A stretch of 64,000 nt of DNA, taken from positions 24,244,001 to 24,308,000 of the forward strand of contig OZ249436.1 of NCBI GenBank assembly GCA_965235115.1, read 5' to 3'. A program made the translations under genes and the position numbers. This DNA comes from Laetmonice hystrix. Taxonomy: Eukaryota. Below the pieces are notes generated by a model. The model worked only from the letters and a program-made list of their open reading frames with translations. It searched no databases and was not told the DNA's origin. Position 1 is the stretch's first letter. Each line of letters starts with the position of its first letter. Positions 49,501-64,000 of this stretch are shown here, in pieces.

Positions 49501-52500
49501 AGGTTGTAATTTACTTTAATCAACGGGCTGCGCCGCAGCAACCCACTCTGGTCTTTGCAATCTTTTTCAATATGCGTTAACATTTGTAACCAGCTCAACG
49601 CGCCTTGTAAAATTTTTCAAAGTGCGTAAAAGTGTGTGTCCACCCCGACACGCTTTCCAAACCACTATACCCACCGAGCGACATCCACTCAAATACAGGC
49701 TTCGACCGATCCTCACTGTGCCAATAATCCGCCACAAGGCAAATTCAGTCAATGCAAGCTGGAAAATCGAATGTCAAACCTAATACTCCCCCCCCCAGCA
49801 CGTTAACTGAAAATAATCAACTAGCTTGAAAACTAGAATATAGCTTTCTTTAGCTAACAATCTACTCTCCCAGCGCCATCAACTCGCATACAGGCGTAAA
49901 AGCAAACGCACTGCCCCATATAATGCTCCCAGCCTAAAACGATGTTGCAATTAATTTAAAATTAACAAGATGCACTAGTAATCCGATCCAAGCTTAATTA
50001 CGTCATTGCTAGTTTCATAACCAAATCTCACAGAAAATACCCCACCCGCGCACATAACCTGAAAATATTCAACTTTTATCTCCAATGTATCCCTGTGCAC
50101 CTAGTAGCACCCAAGCGGGCCCAATTTTGACATCCCAACACAAATACCGCAAATACCCGCCTAATGGCACAAAAAACTTTCTACCCCGTTGCAAGTCACA
50201 TTAGCGTGCTGCTTGTCGTAAAAAATGGTGCAGACCATTTCTAAAGTCACAGTACCCCACTCCCGGCCTAATATTACGTTTCAGTATCCATATACGCTGC
50301 AAGCGGCAGGAACTCGAATACAGGCCTAAAAGTAACCTCAGTCTAGCAATATCATACTCCCATGCCATATACGAGCTTGTAATTATCTTTAATTAATGGG
50401 CTCCGCAGCACCAACCCACTGCATTAACATTTGTTTAACAGCTTAACACACCTTGTAAAATTTTTTCAAGTGCGTAAAAATGCGTGTCCACCTCCACATA
50501 CTTTAAAAATCACTATACCCACCCAGCGACATCCACTCTAATACACGCCTAAAAGGAACTTCACTGTCCCATTTGATTCTCCAGCACGTATAGGATGTTT
50601 CAAGTAACATTCATCCACGGTCTGGCCCAATAACGTGCAACAAGGCATAGTAAGTCAATGCGAGCTCGCATGTCAAACCTAACCCGCCCCCAAGCACATG
50701 AGCTGAAAATATTCAAATAGCTTGAAAACTAGAATATAGCTTTGCTTAATACCATTATACCATCAACTCGCATTACAGGCCTAATGCGAAGCTCCCAGCC
50801 TAAAACGAGTTTCCAATTAATTTAAAGTTAACAAGATGCACTAATAATCGATTCCAAGCCTAATTAGGCCATTGCTAGTTGGATAACCAAATCTCATACA
50901 AAATACACCCTCCCGGCAGATGACCTGAGAATATTCAACTCTTATGTCCGATATATCCCTGTCCGCTTAGTAGCACCCAGCCGGGCCCCCATTTTGACAT
51001 TGCAACACCAATACAGCAAGTGCCCAGCTAACAGCACAAATAACAGGATTCAGGGCTTCCTACCACGTTACAAGTCACAATAGATTGCTGCCTGTCGTAA
51101 AAATATACCAGACCATTTTAAAAAGTCACAGAACCCCAATCCGGCCCTAATATGTCACTCCCAGTACCAATAGACGCTGGAAGCACCATCAACTGAAATT
51201 CAGGCCTAGAACCCACCTCTCTCTACCAATATCATGCACCTAGTCCGTATACGAGGTTGTAATTTACTTTAATCAACGGGCTGCGCCGCAGCAACCCACT
51301 CTGGTCTTTGCAATCTTTTTCAATATGCGTTAACATTTGTGACCAGCTCAACGCGCCTTGTAAAATTTTTCAAAGTGCGTAAAAGTGTGTGTCCACCCCG
51401 ACACGCTTTCCAAACCACTATACCCACCGAGCGACATCCACTCAAATACAGGCTTCGACCGATCCTCACTGTGCCAATAATCCGCCACAAGGCAAATTCA
51501 GTCAATGCAAGCTGGAAAATCGAATGTCAAACCTAATGCTCCCCCCCCCAGCACGTTAACTGAAAAAAATCAACTAGCTTGAAAACTAGAATATAGCTTT
51601 GTTTAGCTAACAATCTACTCTCCCAGCGCCATCAACTCGCATACAGGCGTAAAAGCAAACGCACTGCCCCATATAATGCTCCCAGCATAAAACGATGTTG
51701 CAATTAATTTAAAATTAACAAGATGCACTAGTAATCCGATCCAAGCTTAATTACGTCATTGCTAGTTTCATAACCAAATCTCACAGAAAATACCCCACCC
51801 GGGCACATAACCTGAAAATATTCAACTTTTATCTCCAATGTATCCCTGTGCACCTAGTAGCACCCAAGCGGGCCCAATTTTGACATTCCAACACAAATAC
51901 CGCAAATACCCGCCTAATGGCACAAAAAACTTTCTACCCCGTTGCAAGTCACATTAGCTTGCTGCTTGTCGTAAAAAATGGTGCAGACCATTTCTAAAGT
52001 CACAGTACCCCACTCCCGGCCTAATATTACGTTTCAGTATCCATATACGCTGCAAGCGGCAGGAACTCGAATACAGGCCTAAAAGTAACCCCAGTCTAGC
52101 AATATCATACTCTCATGCCATATACGAGCTTGTAATTATCTTTAATTAATGGGCTCCGCAGCACCAACCCACTGCATTAACATTTGTTTAACAGCTTAAC
52201 GCACCTTGTAAAAAAATTTTCAAGTGCGTAAAAATGCGTGTCCACCTCCACATACTTTAAAAATCACTATACCCACCCAGCGACATTCACTCTAATACAC
52301 GCCTAAGAGGAACTTCACTGTCCCATTTGATTCTCCAGCACGTATAGGATGTTTCAAGTAACATTTATCCACGGTCTGGCCCAATAACGTGCAACAAGGC
52401 ATAGTAAGTCAATGCGAGCTCGCATGTCAAACCTAACCCGCCCCCCAGCACATGAGCTGAAAATATTCAAATAGCTTGAAAACTAGAATATAGCTTTGCT

Positions 52501-55500
52501 TAATACCATTATACCATCAACTCGCATTACAGGCCTAATGCGAAGCTCCCAGCCTAAAACGAGTTTCCAATTAATTTAAAGTTAACAAGATGCACTAATA
52601 ATCGATTCCAAGCCTAATTAGGCCATTGCTAGTTGGATAACCAAATCTCATACAAAATACACCCTCCCGGCAGATGACCTGAGAATATTCAACTCTTATG
52701 TCCGATATATCCCTGTCCGCTTAGTAGCACCCAGCCGGGCCCCCATTTTGACATTGCAACACCAATACAGCAAGTGCCCAGCTAACAGCACAAATAACAG
52801 GATTCAGGGCTTCCTACCACGTTACAAGTCACAATAGATTGCTGCCTGTCGTAAAAATATACCAGACCATTTTAAAAAGTCACAGAACCCCAATCCGGCC
52901 CTAATATGTCACTCCCAGTACCAATACACGCTGGAAGCACCATCAACTGAAATTCAGGCCTAGAACCCACCTCTCTCTACCAATATCATGCACCTAGTCC
53001 GTATACGAGGTTGTAATTTACTTTAATCAACGGGCTGCGCCGCAGCAACCCACTCTGGTCTTTGCAATCTTTTCAATATGCGTTAACATTTGTAACCAGC
53101 TCAACGCGCCTTGTAAAATTTTTCAAAGTGCGTAAAAGTGTGTGTCCACCCCGACACGCTTTCCAAACCACTATACCCACCGAGCGACATCCACTCAAAT
53201 ACAGGCTTCGACCGATCCTCACTGTGCCAATAATCCGCCACAAGGCAAATTCAGTCAATGCAAGCTGGAAAATCGAATGTCAAACCTAATGCTCCCCCCC
53301 CCAGCACGTTAACTGAAAATAATCAACTAGCTTGAAAACTAGAATATAGCTTTGTTAAGCTAACAATCTACTCTCCCAGCGCCATCAACTCGCATACAGG
53401 CGTAAAAGCAAACGCACTGCCCCATATAATGCTTCCAGCCTAAAACGATGTTGCAATTAATTTAAAATTAACAAGATGCACTAGTAATCCGATCCAAGCC
53501 TAATTACGTCATTGCTAGTTTCATAACCAAATCTCACAGAAAATACCCCACCCGCGCACATAACCTGAAAATATTCAACTTTTATCTCCAATGTATCCCT
53601 GTGCACCTAGTAGCACCCAAGCGGGCCCAATTTTGACATTCCAACACAAATACCGCAAATACCCGCCTAATGGCACAAAAAACTTTCTACCCCGTTGCAA
53701 GTCACATTAGCTTGCTGCTTGTCGTAAAAAATGGTGCAGACCATTTCTAAAGTCACAGTACCCCACTCCCGGCCTAATATTACGTTTCAGTATCCATATA
53801 CGCTGCAAGCGGCAGGAACTCGAATACAGGCCTAAAAGTAACCCCAGTCTAGCAATATCATACTCTCATGCCATATACGAGCTTGTAATTATCTTTAATT
53901 AATGGGCTCCGCAGCACCAACCCACTGCATTAACATTTGTTTAACAGCTTAACGCACCTTGTAAAAAATTTTCAAGTGCGTAAAAATGCGTGTCCACCTC
54001 CACATACTTTAAAAATCACTATACCCACCCAGCGACATTCACTCTAATACACGCCTAAGAGGAACTTCACTGTCCCATTTGATTCTCCAGCACGTATAGG
54101 ATGTTTCAAGTAACATTTATCCACGGTCTGGCCCAATAACGTGCAACAAGGCATAGTAAGTCAATGCGACCTCGCATGTCAAACCTAACCCGCCCCCCAG
54201 CACATGAGCTGGAGATATTCAAATAGCTTGAAAACTAGAATATAGCTTTGCTTAATACCATTATACCATCAACTCGCATTACAGGCCTAATGCGAAGCTC
54301 CCAGCCTAAAACGAGTTTCCAATTAATTTAAAGTTAACAAGATGCACTAATAATCGATTCCAAGCCTAATTAGGCCATTGCTAGTTGGATAACCAAATCT
54401 CATACAAAATACACCCTCCCGGCAGATGACCTGAGAATATTCAACTCTTATGTCCGATATATCCCTGTCCGCTTAGTAGCACCCAGCCGGGCCCCCATTT
54501 TGACATTGCAACACCAATACAGCAAGTGCCCAGCTAACAGCACAAATAACAGGATTCAGGGCTTCCTACCACGTTACAAGTCACAATAGATTGCTGCCTG
54601 TCGTAAAAATATACCAGACCATTTTAAAAAGTCACAGAACCCCAATCCGGCCCTAATATGTCACTCCCAGTACCAATAGACGCTGGAAGCACCATCAACT
54701 GAAATTCAGGCCTAGAACCCACCTCTCTCTACCAATATCATGCACCTAGTCCGTATACGAGGTTGTAATTTACTTTAATCAACGGGCTGCGCCGCAGCAA
54801 CCCACTCTGGTCTTTGCAATCTTTTTCAATATGCGTTAACATTTGTGACCAGCTCAACGCGCCTTGTAAAATTTTTCAAAGTGCGTAAAAGTGTGTGTCC
54901 ACCCCGACACGCTTTCCAAACCACTATACCCACCGAGCGACATCCACTCAAATACAGGCTTCGACCGATCCTCACTGTGCCAATAATCCGCCACAAGGCA
55001 AATTCAGTCAATGCAAGCTGGAAAATCGAATGTCAAACCTAATACTCCCCCCCCCAGCACGTTAACTGAAAATAATCAACTAGCTTGAAAACTAGAATAT
55101 AGCTTTGTTTAGCTAACAATCTACTCTCCCAGCGCCATCAACTCGCATACAGGCGTAAAAGCAAACGCACTGCCCCATATAATGCTCCCAGCCTAAAACG
55201 ATGTTGCAATTAATTTAAAATTAACAAGATGCACTAGTAATCCGATCCAAGCTTAATTACGTCATTGCTAGTTTCATAACCAAATCTCACAGAAAATACC
55301 CCACCCGGGCACATAACCTGAAAATATTCAACTTTTATCTCCAATGTATCCCTGTGCACCTAGTAGCACCCAAGCGGGCCCAATTTTGACATCCCAACAC
55401 AAATACCGCAAATACCCGCCTAATGGCACAAAAAACTTTCTACCCCGTTGCAAGTCACATTAGCGTGCTGCTTGTCGTAAAAAATGGTGCAGACCATTTC

Positions 55501-58500
55501 TAAAGTCACAGTACCCCACTCCCGGCCTAATATTACGTTTCAGTATCCATATACGCTGCAAGCGGCAGGAACTCGAATACAGGCCTAAAAGTAACCTCAG
55601 TCTAGCAATATCATACTCCCATGCCATATACGAGCTTGTAATTATCTTTAATTAATGGGCTCCGCAGCACCAACCCACTGCATTAACATTTGTTTAACAG
55701 CTTAACACACCTTGTAAAATTTTTTCAAGTGCGTAAAAATGCGTGTCCACCTCCACATACTTTAAAAATCACTATACCCACCCAGCGACATCCACTCTAA
55801 TACACGCCTAAAAGGAACTTCACTGTCCCATTTGATTCTCCAGCACGTATAGGATGTTTCAAGTAACATTCATCCACGGTCTGGCCCAATAACGTGCAAC
55901 AAGGCATAGTAAGTCAATGCGAGCTCGCATGTCAAACCTAACCCGCCCCCAAGCACATGAGCTGAAAATATTCAAATAGCTTGAAAACTAGAATATAGCT
56001 TTGCTTAATACCATTATACCATCAACTCGCATTACAGGCCTAATGCGAAGCTCCCAGCCTAAAACGAGTTTCCAATTAATTTAAAGTTAACAAGATGCAC
56101 TAATAATCGATTCCAAGCCTAATTAGGCCATTGCTAGTTGGATAACCAAATCTCATACAAAATACACCCTCCCGGCAGATGACCTGAGAATATTCAACTC
56201 TTATGTCCGATATATCCCTGTCCGCTTAGTAGCACCCAGCCGGGCCCCCATTTTGACATTGCAACACCAATACAGCAAGTGCCCAGCTAACAGCACATAT
56301 AACAGGATTCAGGGCTTCCTACCACGTTACAAGTCACAATAGATTGCTGCCTGTCGTAAAAATATACCAGACCATTTTAAAAAGTCACAGAACCCCAATC
56401 CGGCCCTAATATGTCACTCCCAGTACCAATAGACGCTGGAAGCACCATCAACTGAAATTCAGGCCTAGAACCCACCTCTCTCTACCAATATCATGCACCT
56501 AGTCCGTATACGAGGTTGTAATTTCCTTTAATCAACGGGCTGCGCCGCAGCAACCCACTCTGGTCTTTGCAATCTTTTTCAATATGCGTTAACATTTGTG
56601 ACCAGCTCAACGCGCCTTGTAAAATTTTTCAAAGTGCGTAAAAGTGTGTGTCCACCCCGACACGCTTTCCAAACCACTATACCCACCGAGCGACATCCAC
56701 TCAAATACAGGCTTCGACCGATCCTCACTGTGCCAATAATCCGCCACAAGGCAAATTCAGTCAATGCAAGCTGGAAAATCGAATGTCAAACCTAATGCTC
56801 CCCCCCCAGCACGTTAACTGAAAAAAATCAACTAGCTTGAAAACTAGAATATAGCTTTGTTTAGCTAACAATCTACTCTCCCAGCGCCATCAACTCGCAT
56901 ACAGGCGTAAAAGCAAACGCACTGCCCCATATAATGCTCCCAGCATAAAACGATGTTGCAATTAATTTAAAATTAACAAGATGCACTAGTAATCCGATCC
57001 AAGCTTAATTACGTCATTGCTAGTTTCATAACCAAATCTCACAGAAAATACCCCACCCGGGCACATAACCTGAAAATATTCAACTTTTATCTCCAATGTA
57101 TCCCTGTGCACCTAGTAGCACCCAAGCGGGCCCAATTTTGACATTCCAACACAAATACCGCAAATACCCGCCTAATGGCACAAAAAACTTTCTACCCCGT
57201 TGCAAGTCACATTAGCTTGCTGCTTGTCGTAAAAAATGGTGCAGACCATTTCTAAAGTCACAGTACCCCACTCCCGGCCTAATATTACGTTTCAGTATCC
57301 ATATACGCTGCAAGCGGCAGGAACTCGAATACAGGCCTAAAAGTAACCCCAGTCTAGCAATATCATACTCTCATGCCATATACGAGCTTGTAATTATCTT
57401 TAATTAATGGGCTCCGCAGCACCAACCCACTGCATTAACATTTGTTTAACAGCTTAACGCACCTTGTAAAAAAATTTTCAAGTGCGTAAAAATGCGTGTC
57501 CACCTCCACATACTTTAAAAATCACTATACCCACCCAGCGACATTCACTCTAATACACGCCTAAGAGGAACTTCACTGTCCCATTTGATTCTCCAGCACG
57601 TATAGGATGTTTCAAGTAACATTTATCCACGGTCTGGCCCAATAACGTGCAACAAGGCATAGTAAGTCAATGCGAGCTCGCATGTCAAACCTAACCCGCC
57701 CCCCAGCACATGAGCTGAAAATATTCAAATAGCTTGAAAACTAGAATATAGCTTTGCTTAATACCATTATACCATCAACTCGCATTACAGGCCTAATGCG
57801 AAGCTCCCAGCCTAAAACGAGTTTCCAATTAATTTAAAGTTAACAAGATGCACTAATAATCGATTCCAAGCCTAATTAGGCCATTGCTAGTTGGATAACC
57901 AAATCTCATACAAAATACACCCTCCCGGCAGATGACCTGAGAATATTCAACTCTTATGTCCGATATATCCCTGTCCGCTTAGTAGCACCCAGCCGGGCCC
58001 CCATTTTGACATTGCAACACCAATACAGCAAGTGCCCAGCTAACAGCACAAATAACAGGATTCAGGGCTTCCTACCACGTTACAAGTCACAATAGATTGC
58101 TGCCTGTCGTAAAAATATACCAGACCATTTTAAAAAGTCACAGAACCCCAATCCGGCCCTAATATGTCACTCCCAGTACCAATACACGCTGGAAGCACCA
58201 TCAACTGAAATTCAGGCCTAGAACCCACCTCTCTCTACCAATATCATGCACCTAGTCCGTATACGAGGTTGTAATTTACTTTAATCAACGGGCTGCGCCG
58301 CAGCAACCCACTCTGGTCTTTGCAATCTTTTTCAATATGCGTTAACATTTGTAACCAGCTCAACGCGCCTTGTAAAATTTTTCAAAGTGCGTAAAAGTGT
58401 GTGTCCATCCCGACACGCTTTCCAAACCACTATACCCACCGAGCGACATCCACTCAAATACAGGCTTCGACCGATCCTCACTGTGCCAATAATCCGCCAC

Positions 58501-61500
58501 AAGGCAAATTCAGTCAATGCAAGCTGGAAAATCGAATGTCAAACCTAATGCTCCCCCCCCCCAGCACGTTAACTGAAAATAATCAACTAGCTTGAAAACT
58601 AGAATATAGCTTTGTTAAGCTAACAATCTACTCTCCCAGCGCCATCAACTCGCATACAGGCGTAAAAGCAAACGCACTGCCCCATATAATGCTTCCAGCC
58701 TAAAACGATGTTGCAATTAATTTAAAATTAACAAGATGCACTAGTAATCCGATCCAAGCCTAATTACGTCATTGCTAGTTTCATAACCAAATCTCACAGA
58801 AAATACCCCACCCGCGCACATAACCTGAAAATATTCAACTTTTATCTCCAATGTATCCCTGTGCACCTAGTAGCACCCAAGCGGGCCCAATTTTGACATT
58901 CCAACACAAATACCGCAAATACCCGCCTAATGGCACAAAAAACTTTCTACCCCGTTGCAAGTCACATTAGCTTGCTGCTTGTCGTAAAAAATGGTGCAGA
59001 CCATTTCTAAAGTCACAGTACCCCACTCCCGGCCTAATATTACGTTTCAGTATCCATATACGCTGCAAGCGGCAGGAACTCGAATACAGGCCTAAAAGTA
59101 ACCCCAGTCTAGCAATATCATACTCTCATGCCATATACGAGCTTGTAATTATCTTTAATTAATGGGCTCCGCAGCACCAACCCACTGCATTAACATTTGT
59201 TTAACAGCTTAACGCACCTTGTAAAAAATTTTCAAGTGCGTAAAAATGCGTGTCCACCTCCACATACTTTAAAAATCACTATACCCACCCAGCGACATTC
59301 ACTCTAATACACGCCTAAGAGGAACTTCACTGTCCCATTTGATTCTCCAGCACGTATAGGATGTTTCAAGTAACATTTATCCACGGTCTGGCCCAATAAC
59401 GTGCAACAAGGCATAGTAAGTCAATGCGACCTCGCATGTCAAACCTAACCCGCCCCCCAGCACATGAGCTGGAGATATTCAAATAGCTTGAAAACTAGAA
59501 TATAGCTTTGCTTAATACCATTATACCATCAACTCGCATTACAGGCCTAATGCGAAGCTCCCAGCCTAAAACGAGTTTCCAATTAATTTAAAGTTAACAA
59601 GATGCACTAATAATCGATTCCAAGCCTAATTAGGCCATTGCTAGTTGGATAACCAAATCTCATACAAAATACACCCTCCCGGCAGATGACCTGAGAATAT
59701 TCAACTCTTATGTCCGATATATCCCTGTCCGCTTAGTAGCACCCAGCCGGGCCCCCATTTTGACATTGCAACACCAATACAGCAAGTGCCCAGCTAACAG
59801 CACAAATAACAGGATTCAGGGCTTCCTACCACGTTACAAGTCACAATAGATTGCTGCCTGTCGTAAAAATATACCAGACCATTTTAAAAAGTCACAGAAC
59901 CCCAATCCGGCCCTAATATGTCACTCCCAGTACCAATAGACGCTGGAAGCACCATCAACTGAAATTCAGGCCTAGAACCCACCTCTCTCTACCAATATCA
60001 TGCACCTAGTCCGTATACGAGGTTGTAATTTACTTTAATCAACGGGCTGCGCCGCAGCAACCCACTCTGGTCTTTGCAATCTTTTTCAATATGCGTTAAC
60101 ATTTGTGACCAGCTCAACGCGCCTTGTAAAATTTTTCAAAGTGCGTAAAAGTGTGTGTCCACCCCGACACGCTTTCCAAACCACTATACCCACCGAGCGA
60201 CATCCACTCAAATACAGGCTTCGACCGATCCTCACTGTGCCAATAATCCGCCACAAGGCAAATTCAGTCAATGCAAGCTGGAAAATCGAATGTCAAACCT
60301 AATGCTCCCCCCCCCCAGCACGTTAACTGAAAATAATCAACTAGCTTGAAAACTAGAATATAGCTTTGTTAAGCTAACAATCTACTCTCCCAGCGCCATC
60401 AACTCGCATACAGGCGTAAAAGCAAACGCACTGCCCCATATAATGCTCCCAGCCTAAAACGATGTTGCAATTAATTTAAAATTAACAAGATGCACTAGTA
60501 ATCCGATCCAAGCCTAATTACGTCATTGCTAGTTTCATAACCAAATCTCACAGAAAATACCCCACCCGCGCACATAACCTGAAAATATTCAACTTTTATC
60601 TCCAATGTATCCCTGTGCACCTAGTAGCACCCAAGCGGGCCCAATTTTGACATTCCAACACAAATACCGCAAATACCCGCCTAATGGCACAAAAAACTTT
60701 CTACCCCGTTGCAAGTCACATTAGCTTGCTGCTTGTCGTAAAAAATGGTGCAGACCATTTCTAAAGTCACAGTACCCCACTCCCGGCCTAATATTACGTT
60801 TCAGTATCCATATACGCTGCAAGCGGCAGGAACTCGAATACAGGCCTAAAAGTAACCCCAGTCTAGCAATATCATACTCTCATGCCATATACGAGCTTGT
60901 AATTATCTTTAATTAATGGGCTCCGCAGCACCAACCCACTGCATTAACATTTGTTTAACAGCTTAACGCACCTTGTAAAAAATTTTCAAGTGCGTAAAAA
61001 TGCGTGTCCACCTCCACATACTTTAAACATCACTATACCCACCCAGCGACATTCACTCTAATACACGCCTAAGAGGAACTTCACTGTCCCATTTGATTCT
61101 CCAGCACGTATAGGATGTTTCAAGTAACATTTATCCACGGTCTGGCCCAATAACGTGCAACAAGGCATAGTAAGTCAATGCGACCTCGCATGTCAAACCT
61201 AACCCGCCCCCCAGCACATGAGCTGGAGATATTCAAATAGCTTGAAAACTAGAATATAGCTTTGCTTAATACCATTATACCATCAACTCGCATTACAGGC
61301 CTAATGCGAAGCTCCCAGCCTAAAACGAGTTTCCAATTAATTTAAAGTTAACAAGATGCACTAATAATCGATTCCAAGCCTAATTAGGCCATTGCTAGTT
61401 GGATAACCAAATCTCATACAAAATACACCCTCCCGGCAGATGACCTGAGAATATTCAACTCTTATGTCCGATATATCCCTGTCCGCTTAGTAGCACCCAG

Positions 61501-64000
61501 CCGGGCCCCCATTTTGACATTGCAACACCAATACAGCAAGTGCCCAGCTAACAGCACAAATAACAGGATTCAGGGCTTCCTACCACGTTACAAGTCACAA
61601 TAGATTGCTGCCTGTCGTAAACATATACCAGACCATTTTAAAAAGTCACAGAACCCCAATCCGGCCCTAATATGTCACTCCCAGTACCAATAGACGCTGG
61701 AAGCACCATCAACTGAAATTCAGGCCTAGAACCCACCTCTCTCTACCAATATCATGCACCTAGTCCGTATACGAGGTTGTAATTTACTTTAATCAACGGG
61801 CTGCGCCGCAGCAACCCACTCTGGTCTTTGCAATCTTTTTCAATATGCGTTAACATTTGTGACCAGCTCAACGCGCCTTGTAAAATTTTTCAAAGTGCGT
61901 AAAAGTGTGTGTCCACCCCGACACGCTTTCCAAACCACTATACCCACCGAGCGACATCCACTCAAATACAGGCTTCGACCGATCCTCACTGTGCCAATAA
62001 TCCGCCACAAGGCAAATTCAGTCAATGCAAGCTGGAAAATCGAATGTCAAACCTAATGCTCCCCCCCCCCAGCACGTTAACTGAAAAAAATCAACTAGCT
62101 TGAAAACTAGAATATAGCTTTGTTTAGCTAACAATCTACTCTCCCAGCGCCATCAACTCGCATACAGGCGTAAAAGCAAACGCACTGCCCCATATAATGC
62201 TCCCAGCCTAAGACGATGTTGCAATTAATTTAAGATTAACAAGATGCACTAGTAATCCGATCCAAGCCTAATTACGTCATTGCTAGTTTCATAACCAAAT
62301 CTCACAGAAAATACCCCACCCGCGCACATAACCTGAAAATATTTAACTTTTATCTCCAATGTATCCCTGTGCACCTAGTAGCACACAAGCGGGCCCAATT
62401 TTGACATCCCAACACAAATACCGCAAATACCCGCCTAATGGCACAAAAAACTTTCTACCCCGTTGCAAGTCACATTAGCGTGCTGCTTGTCGTAAAAAAT
62501 GGTGCAGACCATTTCTAAAGTCACAGTACCCCACTCCCGGCCTAATATTACGTTTCAGTATCCATATACGCTGCAAGCGGCAGGAACTCGAATACAGGCC
62601 TAAAAGTAACCCCAGTCTAGCAATATCATACTCTCATGCCATATACGAGCTTGTAATTATCTTTAATTAATGGGCTCCGCAGCACCAACCCACTGCATTA
62701 ACATTTGTTTAACAGCTTAACGCACCTTGTAAAAAATTTTCAAGTGCGTAAAAATGCGTGTCCACCTCCACATACTTTAAAAATCACTATACCCACCCAG
62801 CGACATTCACTCTAATACACGCCTAAGAGGAACTTCACTGTCCCATTTGATTCTCCAGCACGTATAGGATGTTTCAAGTAACATTTATCCACGGTCTGGC
62901 CCAATAACGTGCAACAAGGCATAGTAAGTCAATGCGACCTCGCATGTCAAACCTAACCCGCCCCCCAGCACATGAGCTGGAGATATTCAAATAGCTTGAA
63001 AACTAGAATATAGCTTTGCTTAATACCATTATACCATCAACTCGCATTACAGGCCTAATGCGAAGCTCCCAGCCTAAAACGAGTTTCCAATTAATTTAAA
63101 GTTAACAAGATGCACTAATAATCGATTCCAAGCCTAATTAGGCCATTGCTAGTTGGATAACCAAATCTCATACAAAATACACCCTCCCGGCAGATGACCT
63201 GAGAATATTCAACTCTTATGTCCGATATATCCCTGTCCGCTTAGTAGCACCCAGCCGGGCCCCCATTTTGACATTGCAACACCAATACAGCAAGTGCCCA
63301 GCTAACAGCACAAATAACAGGATTCAGGGCTTCCTACCACGTTACAAGTCACAATAGATTGCTGCCTGTCGTAAAAATATACCAGACCATTTTAAAAAGT
63401 CACAGAACCCCAATCCGGCCCTAATATGTCACTCCCAGTACCAATAGACGCTGGAAGCACCATCAACTGAAATTCAGGCCTAGAACCCACCTCTCTCTAC
63501 CAATATCATGCACCTAGTCCGTATACGAGGTTGTAATTTACTTTAATCAACGGGCTGCGCCGCAGCAACCCACTCTGGTCTTTGCAATCTTTTTCAATAT
63601 GCGTTAACATTTGTGACCAGCTCAACGCGCCTTGTAAAATTTTTCAAAGTGCGTAAAAGTGTGTGTCCACCCCGACACGCTTTCCAAACCACTATACCCA
63701 CCGAGCGACATCCACTCAAATACAGGCTTCGACCGATCCTCACTGTGCCAATAATCCGCCACAAGGCAAATTCAGTCAATGCAAGCTGGAAAATCGAATG
63801 TCAAACCTAATGCTCCCCCCCCCCAGCACGTTAACTGAAAATAATCAACTAGCTTGAAAACTAGAATATAGCTTTGTTAAGCTAACAATCTACTCTCCCA
63901 GCGCCATCAACTCGCATACAGGCGTAAAAGCAAACGCACTGCCCCATATAATGCTCCCAGCCTAAAACGATGTTGCAATTAATTTAAAATTAACAAGATG
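49501..64000. repeat. Large-unit tandem satellite, 1752-1754-bp period, 8 complete units plus a partial unit
   Basis: Unit starts (AGGTTGTAATTT) at 49501, 51254, 53008, 54760, 56513, 58266, 60020, 61774 and 63528; units differ by only scattered substitutions; continues past the window end. Confidence 0.99.

Noticed and set aside
49266..49598. ORFs spanning the N run
   Set aside because: Artefacts of the assembly gap.
49501..51253. Tandem rDNA, 5S, snRNA or histone repeat unit
   Set aside because: I could not recognise any such gene on either strand by eye. An Infernal/Rfam scan would be the definitive test.
49567..63857. Repeated 61-75-aa ORFs as a tandem gene cluster
   Set aside because: They start at non-ATG codons or overlap on both strands, show no domain or splice structure, and are by-products of the satellite.

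Overview
Eukaryotic, repeat-rich animal genomic DNA; the transposon mix suggests a marine invertebrate, which is inference. Two host genes lie head-to-head across a ~610-bp intergenic region. An intronless LARP6 lies on + (31249-32874). A minus-strand gene with an MCTP-like N-terminus has a 40-nt first coding exon (30638-30599) that joins in phase to a 413-nt exon (2075-1663) across a ~28.5-kb intron. That intron and the region 3' of LARP6 are filled with nested mobile elements: (1) a near-intact CR1/L2-group LINE (APE+RT, one frameshift) with a 5-copy array of bulged-A hairpins upstream of its ORF; (2) non-autonomous DNA elements resembling Sola2, Kolobok, Merlin, Zator, Harbinger and Tc1/mariner, plus CAGGG-ended elements with 6-bp TSDs; (3) a solo LTR inside a near-identical 3166-bp tandem duplication; (4) a decayed PIF/Harbinger whose transposase exon lies antisense inside the intron of its MADF/BESS partner gene. 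After a 200-N gap (49301-49500) the window ends in a 1752-1754-bp tandem satellite with several nested levels of higher-order structure. All calls come from reading the sequence by eye; no database searches were run.
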